A stretch of 64,000 nt of DNA from Vulcanimicrobiota bacterium (GTDB taxonomy: Bacteria > Vulcanimicrobiota > Vulcanimicrobiia > Eremiobacterales > Eremiobacteraceae): NCBI GenBank assembly GCA_963805945.1, contig CAWDVP010000006.1, positions 256,001-320,000 of the forward strand, written 5' to 3'. Positions 21,539-33,551 of the stretch are shown in pieces; within the stretch, counting starts at the first letter, position 1, and each line of letters begins with the position of its first letter. Made by a program: the position numbers and the translations under genes. The notes under the pieces were generated by a model, which was not told where the DNA came from, did not search any database, and was given only the letters and a program-made list of their open reading frames with translations.

Positions 21539-22365
21539 CCGCGTTCGCCGACCTCACCGAGAGCCCGCGGCTGACCGCGGCGCTGCTCGGCGCGCTCGAT
21601 AGCGCGGGTCTGCGCGATATCGCATCCGCGTGTGTGGTCGATATCGGATCGTCCGCGTTCGCCCATTGGCGCGGCGACGAGGATATCTATCCTGCGAGCG
21701 TCATCAAGATCGCGCTGATGGCGGAAGCATATCGGCGCTACGCGACGGGCGATATCACGCCCGACGATCGCGTCGTCATCGAAGCGCGCAATCTCACGCC
21801 GACCGCCGAGGCGACGCCGCTCGTCGCCGGCTACGAGGCGCGCCTCCGCGAACTCGTCGAGCTCATGATCGCGCGCTCGGACAACATCGCGACCAATCAG
21901 CTCATCGATGTGCTGCGGCGCGAGCGGGTCACCGCCGCGATGCGCGCGCTTGGTCTCGAAGGATTTCTGCTGGGCCGCAAGCTCTCCGGCGCCGATCCGC
22001 TCATCGACGATCCGGAGATGACGGGCCGCAATTCGATGAGCGCGATGAACGCGGCTCGCTTGCTGCATCTGATCGCGACGGACGCCGTTCCCGGCGCGGC
22101 AACGCAACGCGACATCCTCGCCCGCTGCGTGGACGACGACAAGCTCGCGCCTGGTCTGCACGAGAGCGACCGCTTCATGCACAAGACGGGAGAGACGAGC
22201 ACGGTGAGCCACGACGCGGGCATCGTGATGACCGCGCGCGGCGATCCCTACGTCGTCGTGCTCTACACGACGCCCGAACCCGCGCCCGGCGGCGGGGATG
22301 CGTCGCACGTGAACCCGCGCATGGTGCGATGGATGAGCGCGCTGCGGCCGGCTTTGGTGCGATAG
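21535..22365 (+). CDS. Class A beta-lactamase-like serine hydrolase
   Basis: PASVIK (SxxK), SDN, HKTG; TTG start overlapping the previous TGA. Confidence 0.9.
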   Translation: MTAFADLTESPRLTAALLGALDSAGLRDIASACVVDIGSSAFAHWRGDEDIYPASVIKIALMAEAYRRYATGDITPDDRVVIEARNLTPTAEATPLVAGYEARLRELVELMIARSDNIATNQLIDVLRRERVTAAMRALGLEGFLLGRKLSGADPLIDDPEMTGRNSMSAMNAARLLHLIATDAVPGAATQRDILARCVDDDKLAPGLHESDRFMHKTGETSTVSHDAGIVMTARGDPYVVVLYTTPEPAPGGGDASHVNPRMVRWMSALRPALVR

Positions 22366-22413
22366 GTCACACGCGTGCCAGGGTGCCGAGGGGCAGAGGC
22401 GAATGTATGATTT

Positions 22414-25400
22414 GTGCCTGACACCCCTATCGTCGTCACCCTTCCTGAAATGGGCGAATCCGTCGCCGAAGGCACCGTCACGAGCTGGCGCAAGCGGCTC
22501 GGCGATGAGGTGAAAAGCGGCGAAGCGCTCGTCGACGTGACCACCGATAAGGTGGACGTCGAGGTGCCGTCGCCCGCGGCCGGCCGCGTTTCGAAGATCC
22601 TCGCGCAAGAGGGCGCCACCGTCAAAGTCGGTGCACCGCTCGCGGAGATCGACCCGTCCGCCAACGGCGCGGCCGAAACCCGACCGCCCAAAGCCGCAGA
22701 GGCGAAATCCAGCGCAGCACCCGCGACGAAGATCGAGCAAGCCCGACCGGCGCAACGCCCGACACAGGAGCCGGCGACGTCTCGCGACGCGTCACCGCTC
22801 GCACGCCGCGCCGCCGCGATCCGCGGCGTCGATCTTGCGAAAGTGGCCGGCAACGGCCCCGGCGCGACGATCCGTCGCGATGACGTGCTGAACGGCGAGG
22901 CGGCGCCCGCCCCCGAGCTTCGCTCGGGCACTACGGACACCGCCCCCGTTGCCAAACCGCCCGCGATCGCGGCGCCGCCCCGCGTGACGCTGCCCGCTGC
23001 GGTTCCCACGGCAGCGACGCCGCAAGCAGTCGAACAAACTCGACCACAACAAACGCCGCCCGACAAACCGGTCGAACAAGTTCGACCGCTACAGCCCTCT
23101 TCAAGAGCCGAGGCCGCGCCGCCGCTTCCCCCGGGCGCGACAGCAACGCCGATCAAAGGCCCTGCCGCGTCGCTCGTCACGTATATGGAAGAGAGCTTGT
23201 CGATCCCCACCGCGACGAGCTTCCGCACGATGTCGGTCGGACACGCTTGAAGTGCGGCGCCGCGATCTCAACGCGGCGCTGCGGACCGCCGGCCGCGACG
23301 AGAAAGTCTCCTTCACCCATCTGATCGGTTTTGCGCTCGCGCAGGCGACGCATCAGGTCCCCGCGATGACGGCGGCGTTTCGGCGCGAAGACGGACAACC
23401 GACGCGGGTGGAGCAGGGCTGCAACCTCGGCCTCGCCGTCGACATGCAGCGTAAAGACGGCAGCCGTTTTCTCGTGGTGCCGGTGATCCGCGACGCGGAC
23501 AAGCTCGATTTCGCGGCGTTCCACAAGACCTACGAATCGCTCGTCGCGCGTGCGCGCGGCAACACGCTCACACCCGCGGATATGGCGGGCGCCAGCATCA
23601 CGCTGACCAATCCGGGCGGCATCGGCACCGTCGCCTCCGTGCCGCGGCTCATGCCGGGCCAAGGCGCGATCATCGCAACCGGCGCGATCGGCTATCCGCC
23701 CGGCTTGGGCTCCGTGCCCGAATCGTCGTTGCGCGCCATGGGCGTCGCCAAAGTCATGACGCTCACCAGCACGTACGACCATCGCGTCATCCAGGGCGCG
23801 CAGTCAGGCGAGTTCTTGCGCCGCATCGAAGAGCTGCTCAACGGCGCGGACGGCTTCTACGACGCGCTCTTCGTCAGCCTGGGCCTGCCCAGGCCGACCG
23901 CCGCGCCGAACCTCGAAACGCGCGCGCCGGGGACCGAGCCCTCGACGGTCAGTCCGGACGTCATCCGTGCCGCCACCGCCGCCGCCTCGCTCATCGCCCG
24001 GTACCGCACGTTCGGCCACACGGCGGCCACGCTCGATCCGCTCGGCGAGCCGCCGGCAGGCGATCCGGCGCTCGATCCGGCCAGCCTCGGTTTGACACCA
24101 CCGCTCATGGAGTCGGTACCCGCGTCGGCGCTGCGCCTCCATCTGCCCGGCAACACGCTGGCGGAGCTGCTGCCGCGCTTGCGTGAGACATATTGCTCGA
24201 CCATCGCCTATCAGATGGAGCACATCTCCAGCCACGAGCAGCGCGGCTGGCTGCGCGAGCAGATCGAGTCAGGCGCGCACACACGGCCGCTCACCCGCGA
24301 GGAAGCGCTCAAGCTGCTCGACGCGCTCACCAGCGTCGAAGTCTTCGAACGCTACTTGCGCAAGTCGTTCCTCGGCCAGAAGACCTTCTCGATCGAGGGT
24401 CTGGACGCGATGATCCCGATGCTCGAAGAGATGGTCGACCTCATGGCGGCCGACGGCATCGGCGAAGTCGATCTCGGCATGGCGCACCGCGGCCGGCTCG
24501 CGGTCATCACGCACGTCGTCGGACGGCCGTTCGAGGAGGCGCTGCGCGAGTTCGAGCTCGCCGACAAGCGCGGCGACACCGACCTGCCGGGCGATGTCAC
24601 GGGCGACGTCAAGTACCATCAGGGCGCCGAAGGCGTGCGCCAGTCGCCAGCGGGCAAGAACGTGCGCGTCGTGCTGGCGCACAACCCTTCGCATCTCGAA
24701 GCGGTGAACTCGGTCGTCGAGGGCCGCACGCGCGCCTCGCAGACCGACCGCTCGCGCAACATCGCGACCCAGGACACGCGCAAAGCCGCCGCCGTGCTGA
24801 TCCATGGCGATGCGGCGTTCCCAGCGCAAGGCAGCGTCGCCGAGGTGCTCAACATGCAGTCGCTGCCCGGCTACACTACCGGCGGCACCGTCCACATCAT
24901 CGCCAACAACCAGATCGGCTTCACCACGACGCCCGGCGAGGGCCGTTCCACGCGTTACGCGAGCGATCTCGCCAAAGGCTTCGACATCCCCATCATCCAT
25001 GTCAACGCGGATGACATCGAAGCGTGCATCGCAGCGGTCCGGCTGTCGGTGGGCTTCCGCCGCACCTTCAAGCGGGATATCCTCATCGACGTGGTCGGCT
25101 ACCGGCGCTCCGGCCACAACGAGACCGACGAGCCCGCGTACACCCAGCCCATCATGTACGAGCGCATCAAGAACCATCCGACCGTGCGCGAGATCTTCGC
25201 GCGGCGTCTGGTGGAGCACGGCACGATCGGCGAGGACGATGTCGCGCGCCTGCTCGAAAACGCGCAGCGGCGTCTCGCCGGCGCGCATGCCGCCGTCAAG
25301 GCGGGCGCCGGTGCAGCCGCTGCGGAGCCTTCGAGCGCCCCGGCGAGCGATGGCGCGGCGGTCGACACGCGCATCTCGGCCGCCACCCTGCGCGCGCTCA

Positions 25401-26551
25401 ACGAGCAGCTGCTCGCGGTGCCCGACGGCTTCACCGTGCATCCCAAGCTCGTCCGCCAACTCGACCGGCGGCGCGCGTCGCTCGCCTCGGGCAGCGAGAT
25501 CGATTGGGCGACCGGCGAATCGCTCGCGTTCGGCTCGCTGCTGCTCGCCGCCAAGCCGGTCCGGCTGACCGGCCAGGACACCGAGCGCGGCACCTTCAGC
25601 CATCGGCATCTCGTGCTGCACGACCCGCGCAGCGGCGCGTCGTGGACGCCGATGCAGCACCTCAAGGAGGCGCGCGCCTCGTTCGAGGTCTTCAACAGCC
25701 CGCTCTCCGAGCTCGCCTGCGTCGGCTTCGAGTACGGCTATAGCGCCTCGGCACCCGATGCGCTCGTGCTGTGGGAAGCGCAGTTCGGCGACTTCTTCAA
25801 CGGCGCACAGGTCATCATCGATCAGTTCATCTCGGCCGGCCACGCGAAGTGGGGTCAGCTCTCGCGCCTGACGCTGCTGCTGCCGCACGGCTACGAGGGG
25901 GCGGGACCCGAGCACTCGAGCGCGCGGCTCGAACGCTTTCTCCAGCTCGCCGCGCAGGGCAACTTGCGCATCGCCAATTGCACCACGCCCGCGCAGTACT
26001 TCCATCTCTTGCGCGACCAGGCGCTGTCCGCCAAGGGACGCCCGCTCGTCGTCATGACGCCGAAGAGCCTGCTGCGGCTCAAGGCGGCCAGCTCCACGCT
26101 CGGCGACATGACCGAGCACGGCTTCATGCCGGTCATCGACGATCCCGAGGTCCGCGATCGCAAGAAGATCGAGCGGCTCATCTTGTGCAGCGGCAAGATC
26201 TACTACGACCTCACGCTCGACCCGCTGCGCCCGGCGGCGAACAACCTGGCGATCGCGCGCGTCGAACTGCTCGAGCCGTTCCCGCTCGACGACGTGCTCG
26301 CGCTGGTGAAATCCTACCCCTCGCTCAAGACGGTCGCGTGGGTGCAGGAAGAGCCGAAGAACATGGGCGCGCGCGCTTTCGTGTCGCGCCGCCTGCGCGA
26401 GCGCCTGACGCCGATGAAGATCGCCTTCGGCTACGTCGGCCGGCCGGACCGCGCGAGCCCGAGCGAAGGCTACCCGGGTCCGCACGCGGTCGAGCAGGAG
26501 CGCATCGTGCGCGAAGCGCTCTCGCAGTCCATCTATAAGGAAGCGCAATGA
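22414..26551 (+). CDS. kgd: Multifunctional 2-oxoglutarate dehydrogenase: lipoyl, E3-binding, E2 catalytic and E1 domains; +1 frameshift at about 23240
   Basis: TTDKVDVEVPSP; ASPLARR...GNGPGATIRRDDV; TYDHRVIQGA; GMAHRGRL, HGDAAF, WEAQFGDF, GPEHSSAR. Confidence 0.93.
22912..22934 (-). repeat. REP-like palindrome, family A, inside the kgd linker
   Basis: Plus strand CCCGAGCTTCGCTCGGGCACTAC; encodes PELRSGTT. Confidence 0.85.
23029..23093 (-). repeat. Two REP-like palindromes, family B (one degenerate), inside the kgd linker
   Basis: GTCGAACAAACTCGAC and CGGTCGAACAAGTTCGACCGCTACA; encode VEQTRP and VEQVRPLQ. Confidence 0.8.
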
Positions 26552-27918
26552 CGTTGAGCGTCGTCGTGCTCGGCGGCGGGCCTGCCGGCGATGTCGCCGC
26601 GCTACGCGCGGCGCAGTTGGGCGCGCAGGTCACGCTTATCGAACGCGCCCAGCTCGGCGGCACGTGTCTCAATTGGGGCTGCATCCCCACCAAGGCGCTG
26701 CTCGCGAGCGCAGACCTGCTGCGCAAGATCCGCCGCGCCGAGGAGTTCGGCATCGACGTCCCCGAGCCGAAGATCAACTTCGCCAAGATGATGTCGCGCA
26801 AGGAAGACATCGTCCTCAAGCAGCGCACCGGCGTCGAGAACGCGTGCAAGCGCAAGAAGGTCGAAGTGGTGCACGGCCAGGGCGTCGTGGCGTCGGATGC
26901 GGTCGTCGTCAACGGCAAGCGCTATCCATACGATTTCCTCATCATCGCGGTCGGCACCGAGCCATCCGGCCTGCCGGTCGTCGAGCTCGATCAGCCGGCG
27001 GTCATCACCTCGAACGGCGTGCTGCGCCTGGAGTCCGTGCCGAAGACGATGCTCGTCGTCGGCGGCGGCGTCGTGGGTTGCGAGTTCGCCAGTCTCTTCG
27101 CGGCGCTCGGCACGCAGATCACGATCGTCGAGCTGCTGCCGCGCATCCTCACCGGCATCGACTCGCGCACCGCCGCGCAGTTCCAGAAGATGCTCGAGAA
27201 GGAAGGCGTGCGCGTCCTCACGGGCCGCAGCGTCAAGGAGATCCTGCAATACCGCCGCGACGGCTTGGTCGCGCAGCTCGATGACGACGAGAAGATCGAC
27301 GTCGAAAAGCTGCTCGTGTCCGTGGGCCGCGTGTCGCAGACGCGCGACATCGGACTCGAGGGCGCCGGCGTGAAGGTGGACAAACGCGGCTTCGTCGAGA
27401 CCGATGACTACCTGCGCACCGCCAACCCGAAGATCTACGCGATCGGCGATTGCCGCGGCGGGCCCCAGCTGGCGCACAAGGCGTCGGCCGAGGGCGCGCG
27501 CGCCGTCGAGAACGCGCTCGGCCATCACCCCATGCCGATGGATTGGAGCGTCATCCCGAGCTGCATCTACACACACCCGGAGATCGCCTCGATCGGGCTC
27601 AACGCGGATACCGCCAAAGAGGCCGGCCGCGAAGTGAAGCTCGGGATCGCGCGCGTCGTCGGCAACGGCAAAGCGCTCGGCGAAGGCGAGTCGGAAGGCT
27701 ACGTGCAGATCGTCGCGGACGCGAAGACCGACCGGATACTCGGCGCGACCATCATGGGCATCCATGCGGTGGAGATCGTGCATGAGATCGCGGTCGCGAT
27801 GGCGGACGCGCTCACCATGGACGAACTCGGATCCATCATCCACGCGCACCCGACGGTCAGCGAACTGGTCATGGACGCCGCCGAACAAGGCGAGGGCGTC
27901 GCCCCCTATCTGTCCTGA
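26548..27918 (+). CDS. lpdA: Dihydrolipoyl dehydrogenase
   Basis: GGGPAG, GGTCLNWGCIPTK, GGGVVGCE, HAHPTVSE. Confidence 0.97.
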   Translation: MTLSVVVLGGGPAGDVAALRAAQLGAQVTLIERAQLGGTCLNWGCIPTKALLASADLLRKIRRAEEFGIDVPEPKINFAKMMSRKEDIVLKQRTGVENACKRKKVEVVHGQGVVASDAVVVNGKRYPYDFLIIAVGTEPSGLPVVELDQPAVITSNGVLRLESVPKTMLVVGGGVVGCEFASLFAALGTQITIVELLPRILTGIDSRTAAQFQKMLEKEGVRVLTGRSVKEILQYRRDGLVAQLDDDEKIDVEKLLVSVGRVSQTRDIGLEGAGVKVDKRGFVETDDYLRTANPKIYAIGDCRGGPQLAHKASAEGARAVENALGHHPMPMDWSVIPSCIYTHPEIASIGLNADTAKEAGREVKLGIARVVGNGKALGEGESEGYVQIVADAKTDRILGATIMGIHAVEIVHEIAVAMADALTMDELGSIIHAHPTVSELVMDAAEQGEGVAPYLS

Positions 27919-27951
27919 GGCGCGCGCGCCGTCGCCGACCGCCTCGTCTGT

Positions 27952-28344
27952 CTACTCAGTCGTCTTGCCGTCGAAGTGCTCGTTGTCGGCCTCGGCCTCG
28001 GCGCGGGTATGGTGGACGATGCCGTCCCGATGATTCGGCGGCGCATACAGCGTGTAGAGCTTCAACGGAACATCGCCCGTGTTGATGATGTTGTGATTCG
28101 CCCCCGCAGGGACGATCACCGCGAAGCCCGCCCGGATCGCCGTCCGAACGCCATCGAGAACCGCCACGCCGGTGCCCTCCTCCACGCGGAAGAACTGGTC
28201 GAGCCTATGCACCTCTGCCCCGATCTCTTCTTCGGGCTTTAACGCCATCACGACGAGCTGGCAGTTCTTCGCTGTGTATAGCACGCGGCGGAACTCGTCG
28301 TTCTTGACTGCGAGATCCTCGATGTCTTGCACGAAGCCTTTCAT
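27952..28344 (-). CDS. Cupin domain protein
   Basis: FRRVLYT...EIGAEVH..DQFF...VPAGANHNIINTG..PLKLYTLYAPPNH. Confidence 0.92.
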   Translation of the reverse strand: MKGFVQDIEDLAVKNDEFRRVLYTAKNCQLVVMALKPEEEIGAEVHRLDQFFRVEEGTGVAVLDGVRTAIRAGFAVIVPAGANHNIINTGDVPLKLYTLYAPPNHRDGIVHHTRAEAEADNEHFDGKTTE

Positions 28345-28517
28345 GACGACTCCTCTCCCGGCCGCCCGACGCTTCCAGGACTGAGCGGCGGCCGCAGGCG
28401 GGTTCGCCGGAGCGCTGTGGTCCGTCTCCATACGGAGAGATGGAAGTCGCAAGAGGGGCTGTCGGAATCCGAGGCAAACGCTGTGCGGCGTCCCCCAAAT
28501 TCGAAAGGAAGTCATCC

Positions 28518-29015
28518 ATGCGTTTCCCAGTCGCGCTCTCGCTCGTCGCTTTGCTCCTCGTGCTGCCGGCATGCGAGAAACAGTCCACCAGCAGCGGCAA
28601 TGCGCCCGCTCCCGGGGCAGGTGCCGCATCCCCCGGCGATTACACCACGAAATCGGTGACGATCAAGAGCGAAGCGGGCAATCTCGAGATGGGCCAAGGA
28701 GCGGTCGATCCGGCGTCGATCGGACTTCCCGTCTACCCGGGAGCGGAGCCCAGCGTCGGCGGTTCGCTCGCGACGTCGAACAAGGAAGGCAGCTCGAAGA
28801 TCCTCGTGCTCACCACCAAGGACCCCTTTGACAAAGTCTATGCGTTCTACAAACAGAACATGCCGGCGGGCTCTGAGCTCGCGCACGCCGCGGTCGGCCC
28901 GCATATGGCCACGTTCCAGGTGGGCAAAGACGGCGACAAAGTCGTCAAGCGGCTCAACGTGCAGCAGCTGGGCGATAAGATCAACATCACGATGATCGTC
29001 GGCACGAAGAACTAG
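28518..29015 (+). CDS. Hypothetical lipoprotein
   Basis: AAGGA ribosome-binding site; lipobox LPAC; GLPVYPGA motif. Confidence 0.8.
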   Translation: MRFPVALSLVALLLVLPACEKQSTSSGNAPAPGAGAASPGDYTTKSVTIKSEAGNLEMGQGAVDPASIGLPVYPGAEPSVGGSLATSNKEGSSKILVLTTKDPFDKVYAFYKQNMPAGSELAHAAVGPHMATFQVGKDGDKVVKRLNVQQLGDKINITMIVGTKN

Positions 29016-29025
29016 ACTGTCGCGG

Positions 29026-32000
29026 CTAGCGCGGCTGCGGCTGATCGGCGCCCAGGAGGTCGCCGTTCCCGTGGCCGACGTCGTCGAGGGCCGCCTGGAG
29101 CGGCGGGATGTGCTCGGGGATCTCTTCTTCTTCCACGAATTTGTCGGGCGCGAAGCGCATGTACGCGATCGGCACGAGCACAAGGGTGAGCAGCAGCGAG
29201 CTGATCAGTCCGCCGATGACGACGATACCCAGCGACTGCCGCACCTGCGAGCCCTCGACCAGCCCGAGCGCGAGCGGCGTCATGCCCGCGACCATCGAGG
29301 CGGTCGTCATCACGATCGGCCGAAATCGCGTGCGCGCGCTCCTGCGCAGCGCTTCGAGCTTGCCGTAGCCGCGTTTGCGCAATGTGTTCGCATAGTCGAC
29401 CAAGAGGATGCCGTTCTTGGACACCAGTCCCACCAACATGATCACGCCGATGAGCGAGAACAAATTGAGCGTCTGGCGTGTGAGCGCCAGCGCGCCGAAC
29501 GCGCCGACGGCGGCGACCGGCACTGAGAACATGATGATGAACGGCGTCATGTAGCCGTTGTAGAGCGCCACCATCAGCAAGTAGACCAGCAGGAACGACA
29601 GCGCCAGCGCGGCGCCCATGCCGAAGACGGTGTCTTGCAGGTTCTGTTGGTTGCCGTTGGGGTTGGCCCGCACGAGCACGAATGTCGGGAGTTTGAGCGC
29701 CTTGAGCCTGGTCTGGAAATCGCGTTGGACGTTCGACAGCGCGATGCCCGGCACCGTGTTCGCAGTGATGTGGATGACGGTCTGGCGATTGACGCGGGTG
29801 ATGACGAGCTGCGTCGGCTTCCAGGTGAGCGTCGCGACGTCGCCCACCCGCGCGAGCGTTCCGTTGTTGGCCCGCACGGCGATCGTGCCGATCTCATCGA
29901 GGTTGGTGCGGTCCTGCAGTGGGTAGATCACCTGCACGTCTTTGAGCCCGTTCTGCGCCTCGATCTGCGTCGCCACCGTGCCGCCGAGCGCGGCGCGGAT
30001 GGCGGTCGACGCCGAGCCGATGCTCACGCCTTCCGCTTGCGCGGCGTTGCGATCGAACGTCACCTCCACCTGCGGCGCCACTTGCTGCGCGGAGCTGGTG
30101 ACGTTGGTCGTGCCGGGCACGCCGCGCAGCATCTGGTACACCTTCTCGGCGTAGGGCAGCGGATCGCCCTGGAGGCTGGTGACGAGGTAGTCGATCGGCT
30201 GGGCGTTGCCGCCGCCCGTGCTCGTCGCGGGGATCACGACGATGGTCGCGGCAGGCTCGGCCGCCCTCACTTTGGGCTTGAGGAATTCCACCCAATAGTT
30301 GGTGTCGTGCGAGCGGCCGTCTTTCAGCCACAGGTGGACCTGACCGACGTTGCCCTCGTTGATGAAGCCGCCAAACGGCGACGAGTACGCACCCGCGACC
30401 GCAGTCACTGCCTTGGCGTCCGGCACCGTCATGGTGATGTTGTTGATCTTCACCACCGCGGCTTTCGTCGTCGTCAGCGGCGTGCCGGCAGGAAACGTGA
30501 TCTGGACGAACAGCTCGCCGCGGTCGACCGGCGGAATGAACGTGGCGCCGACCACGCCGAGCGGCACCAGCGAGACCGCGAGCACCAGCGAGCCGAACGC
30601 GATGGCTGCGACCATGCGCGGACGCGCCAGCCCCGCCGGCAGCAGCCGTTCCACGTACCAGGTGCGGGCCTGCTCGAAGCGCTCTTCGAATGCACGCATG
30701 ATCGGCCACGGCCGCCAGCCTGCTCATGAGCGACCAGCGGCCGGCGAGCGTCGGTGTGACGGTGAACGACACGAACAGCGAGGTGAGCGTCGCGACCACG
30801 ACGCATAGCGAGAATTCGACCAAGAACTTGCCGACGACGCCCGGCAGAAACGCGATCGGCAAGAACACGACCACGTCGACGAGGGTGATGACGATCGCCG
30901 CGAAGCCGATCTCCGAGCGGCCGTTCACGGCCGCGATGAGCGGCGGCTCACCCTCTTTGTGGTGGCGCTCGATGTTCTCGAGCACGACGATCGAGTCATC
31001 GACCAGGATGCCGACGACGAGCGTCATCGCGAGCAGCGAGACCGTGTCGATGGTGAAGTTCGCTATCTTCATCACGGTGAGCGTGATGAACAGCGAGGTG
31101 GGTATCGCGATGAGCACGACGACCGAACTGCGCCACGATCCGAGGAAGAACAGCATCACGATGGCGGTGAGCGCGATGCCTTCCAGCAGCGTGTGCAGCA
31201 CGCCGGTCAGCTGCGCCTTCGTGTACGCGGACTGAACGTTGACGATCGAGAAATCGACGCCCGGGAACTGCGCGCGCAGCCGCGGCAGCTGCTTGAGGAC
31301 GTTGTCCGAAGTCGTCACCTCGTTAGCCTGGGTCGTCTTCTGCACCTGGAGGAACGAGCGCAGCGCGCCGTCGACGAACGCGTAGACGCGCCGTTCCTCG
31401 TATGCATCGGTCACGGCGGCGACATCGCCGATGCGGATCACGTTCGAGGTCGCCGTCCAGGGATTGACGCCGGTCGGCGGGGCGCCGGCCGCAGCGGGCG
31501 CGGCGGCGGGCAGTAATACCGGGAGGCTCGCGACAGAGTCAGGGGTCCGAAGGTCGCCGCGCACGTCGACCGTCGTCTCGCGCCCGGGCTGGTAGACGAT
31601 TCCGCCCGGCTCGCGCGTGTTGTTCGTCGCAAGTGTGTTGACGATATCGTTGATAGCATAGCCGCCGGCCCGCAGCGCCGCGGGATCCACCGTCACTTGG
31701 AACGACGGCGTCACCGTGCCGTTCGCGGTGACGAAGCCGACACCGTCCACCTGCTCGAGCGCCGGGATGATCTGGTTGTTCACGACGTCGGAAAGGCCGG
31801 CCACCGAGTACGTGCGCGACGCGACGCCGAGCGTCACCACGGTCGACTGGCTGGGGTCGACCGTCGAGATGGTCGGCGTCCGCAGATCGGTCGGCAGCTG
31901 CGACTGCGCGGCCTGCACGCGCTGCTGCACCTGGACGAGCGCGGTGTTCACGTCCGCGCCGAGGTTGAAGACGGCGGAGATCGTCGCCCTGCCTTGCAGG

Positions 32001-32251
32001 ACGGTCGTGTTGATGACGTTGAGGTTCGACGCGCCGGCGAGCTGGTCTTCGATGGGCCGGGCGATGGCATCGCGCATCTCGGTCGGCGACGCGCCTGGAT
32101 AGTTCACGTTCACCGTGACCGTCGGCAGGTCGACGTTCGGAAATTGCTGCTGTGTGAGATTCAGAAACGAGATGACGCCTGCCAGCGTCACGAACACGAT
32201 CAGCACGAAGACGAGCGCGGGGCGCTGGACGAAGAGCCGCGTCAGCAGCAT
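29026..32251 (-). CDS. RND efflux permease (AcrB family); +1 frameshift at about 30720
   Basis: YPGASP, GILVDDSIVVLENI, GLVSKNGILLVD, RFRPIVMT. Confidence 0.93.
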
Positions 32252-32252
32252 G

Positions 32253-33464
32253 TCATTGGACCTGCACCTCTTGCCCGTCGGAGACGGACAGCGAGCCGTC
32301 GCTCACGACCAAGGTGCCGCTTGTGATCCCGGTGACCACCGCGTAATTCGTGCCACGCGCGAGCTCTACGACCGGCGTGATGTGCGCCTTCTTGTCGCCG
32401 TCAATCGTGAGCAGCGTCTGGTGGGTGTCGTCGATGAAGGCGCCCACCGGTACGCTCACGCCGGTGACGGTCTGCTTGCTCACCGTGGCGGAGACGGTCA
32501 TGCCGGGCAGCAGCGAGCGCTGCGGGTTGGGGATCTCCACCTTGACGATGAAGCCCGCCGACGTCGGCGTGGTCGGCGAAAGCACGGCGACGACGCGCGC
32601 CGCGAAGCGCTTGCCCGGCACTGCCGGCGAGGTGAGCACGACGATCCCGCCCTTGCCGATGCCCGAGATCTGGCCGCCGAACGCGTTGAGCGATGCGTAG
32701 ACGCTCGACACTTCTTGCAGCGTGAAGACCTGACGGGCGCCCGGATACTCGCCGGGGTTGAGGTTCCGATTGACGACCACGCCTTCGACCGGCGCGACGA
32801 TGGTGGCTTTGTCGATCTGCGCCTGCAGCGCTTCGGCCTGGGCGTGCGCAGACTGCGCGGCCGCGATCGCCGCCGCGATGTTCGCCTGCTGCAGGCCCTT
32901 GTCTTGATTTCCGTTGACGCGCTGGTTTTCCAGCGCGGAGTTCAGCGCCGAGCGCGCGGCCGTGACCTGGGTCTCTTGGGTCTGCACTTCCTGCGCGGAG
33001 ATGTATCCTTGGCCGACCAACTGCTGATCGCGCTGCAACGTGGTCTCCGCCAGCTGCAACTGCGCTCGCGCGGAGCTCACCTGATCGCCGCCGGACGAGA
33101 TCGCGTACTGCGCCTGGTACCGGGCTTGCACGGCCTTGGCGTCCGCCTCCGCGGCGGCGCGCTGCGCGGCGTCCAACTGGGCCTGGAGGTCGGCGGTCGA
33201 GAGCAGCGCGAGCAGTTGGCCGCGCCGTACGACATCGCCCTCGTTGACGGCGACGGTGGCGGCCGGCTCGAGAAGATCGCTTGTGATGCCGACGTTTTGC
33301 AGCGGCGCGACGACCCCTGAGAGGGATACGACCGGTTGGACCGTGCGCACCACGGCCGACTGTGCGGGAACGATCGGTGCGGTGACCTTCAGACCCGCGG
33401 GGTTGCGCGAGCAGCCGGATATGAAGAGCGCGAGCATGACAAGTGCGACGGCTGCGCGCTTCAC
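32253..33464 (-). CDS. RND periplasmic adaptor (membrane fusion) lipoprotein
   Basis: Lipobox ISGC; VNEGDVVRRGQLLA; helical hairpin; IVAPVEGVV; LLPGM. Confidence 0.93.
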   Translation of the reverse strand: MKRAAVALVMLALFISGCSRNPAGLKVTAPIVPAQSAVVRTVQPVVSLSGVVAPLQNVGITSDLLEPAATVAVNEGDVVRRGQLLALLSTADLQAQLDAAQRAAAEADAKAVQARYQAQYAISSGGDQVSSARAQLQLAETTLQRDQQLVGQGYISAQEVQTQETQVTAARSALNSALENQRVNGNQDKGLQQANIAAAIAAAQSAHAQAEALQAQIDKATIVAPVEGVVVNRNLNPGEYPGARQVFTLQEVSSVYASLNAFGGQISGIGKGGIVVLTSPAVPGKRFAARVVAVLSPTTPTSAGFIVKVEIPNPQRSLLPGMTVSATVSKQTVTGVSVPVGAFIDDTHQTLLTIDGDKKAHITPVVELARGTNYAVVTGITSGTLVVSDGSLSVSDGQEVQVQ

Positions 33465-33551
33465 GCGGTGTTTCCTTTAGATAGCATGTTCTTGGCGAGG
33501 CTTCGGCAGGCGTCCGCAGAGGTACCTCCGGACCCCGGGTTTTCCCAGGAA

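Noticed and set aside
21535..22365. Functional antibiotic-resistance beta-lactamase
   Set aside because: SxxK, SDN and KTG are present, but there is no signal peptide and no clear ExxLN omega-loop motif.
24269..26548. Long antisense ORFs (this 759-aa one, also 41112..42740, 46929..48539, 33336..34901)
   Set aside because: Stop-poor shadows of real genes in high-GC DNA with no recognisable motifs.
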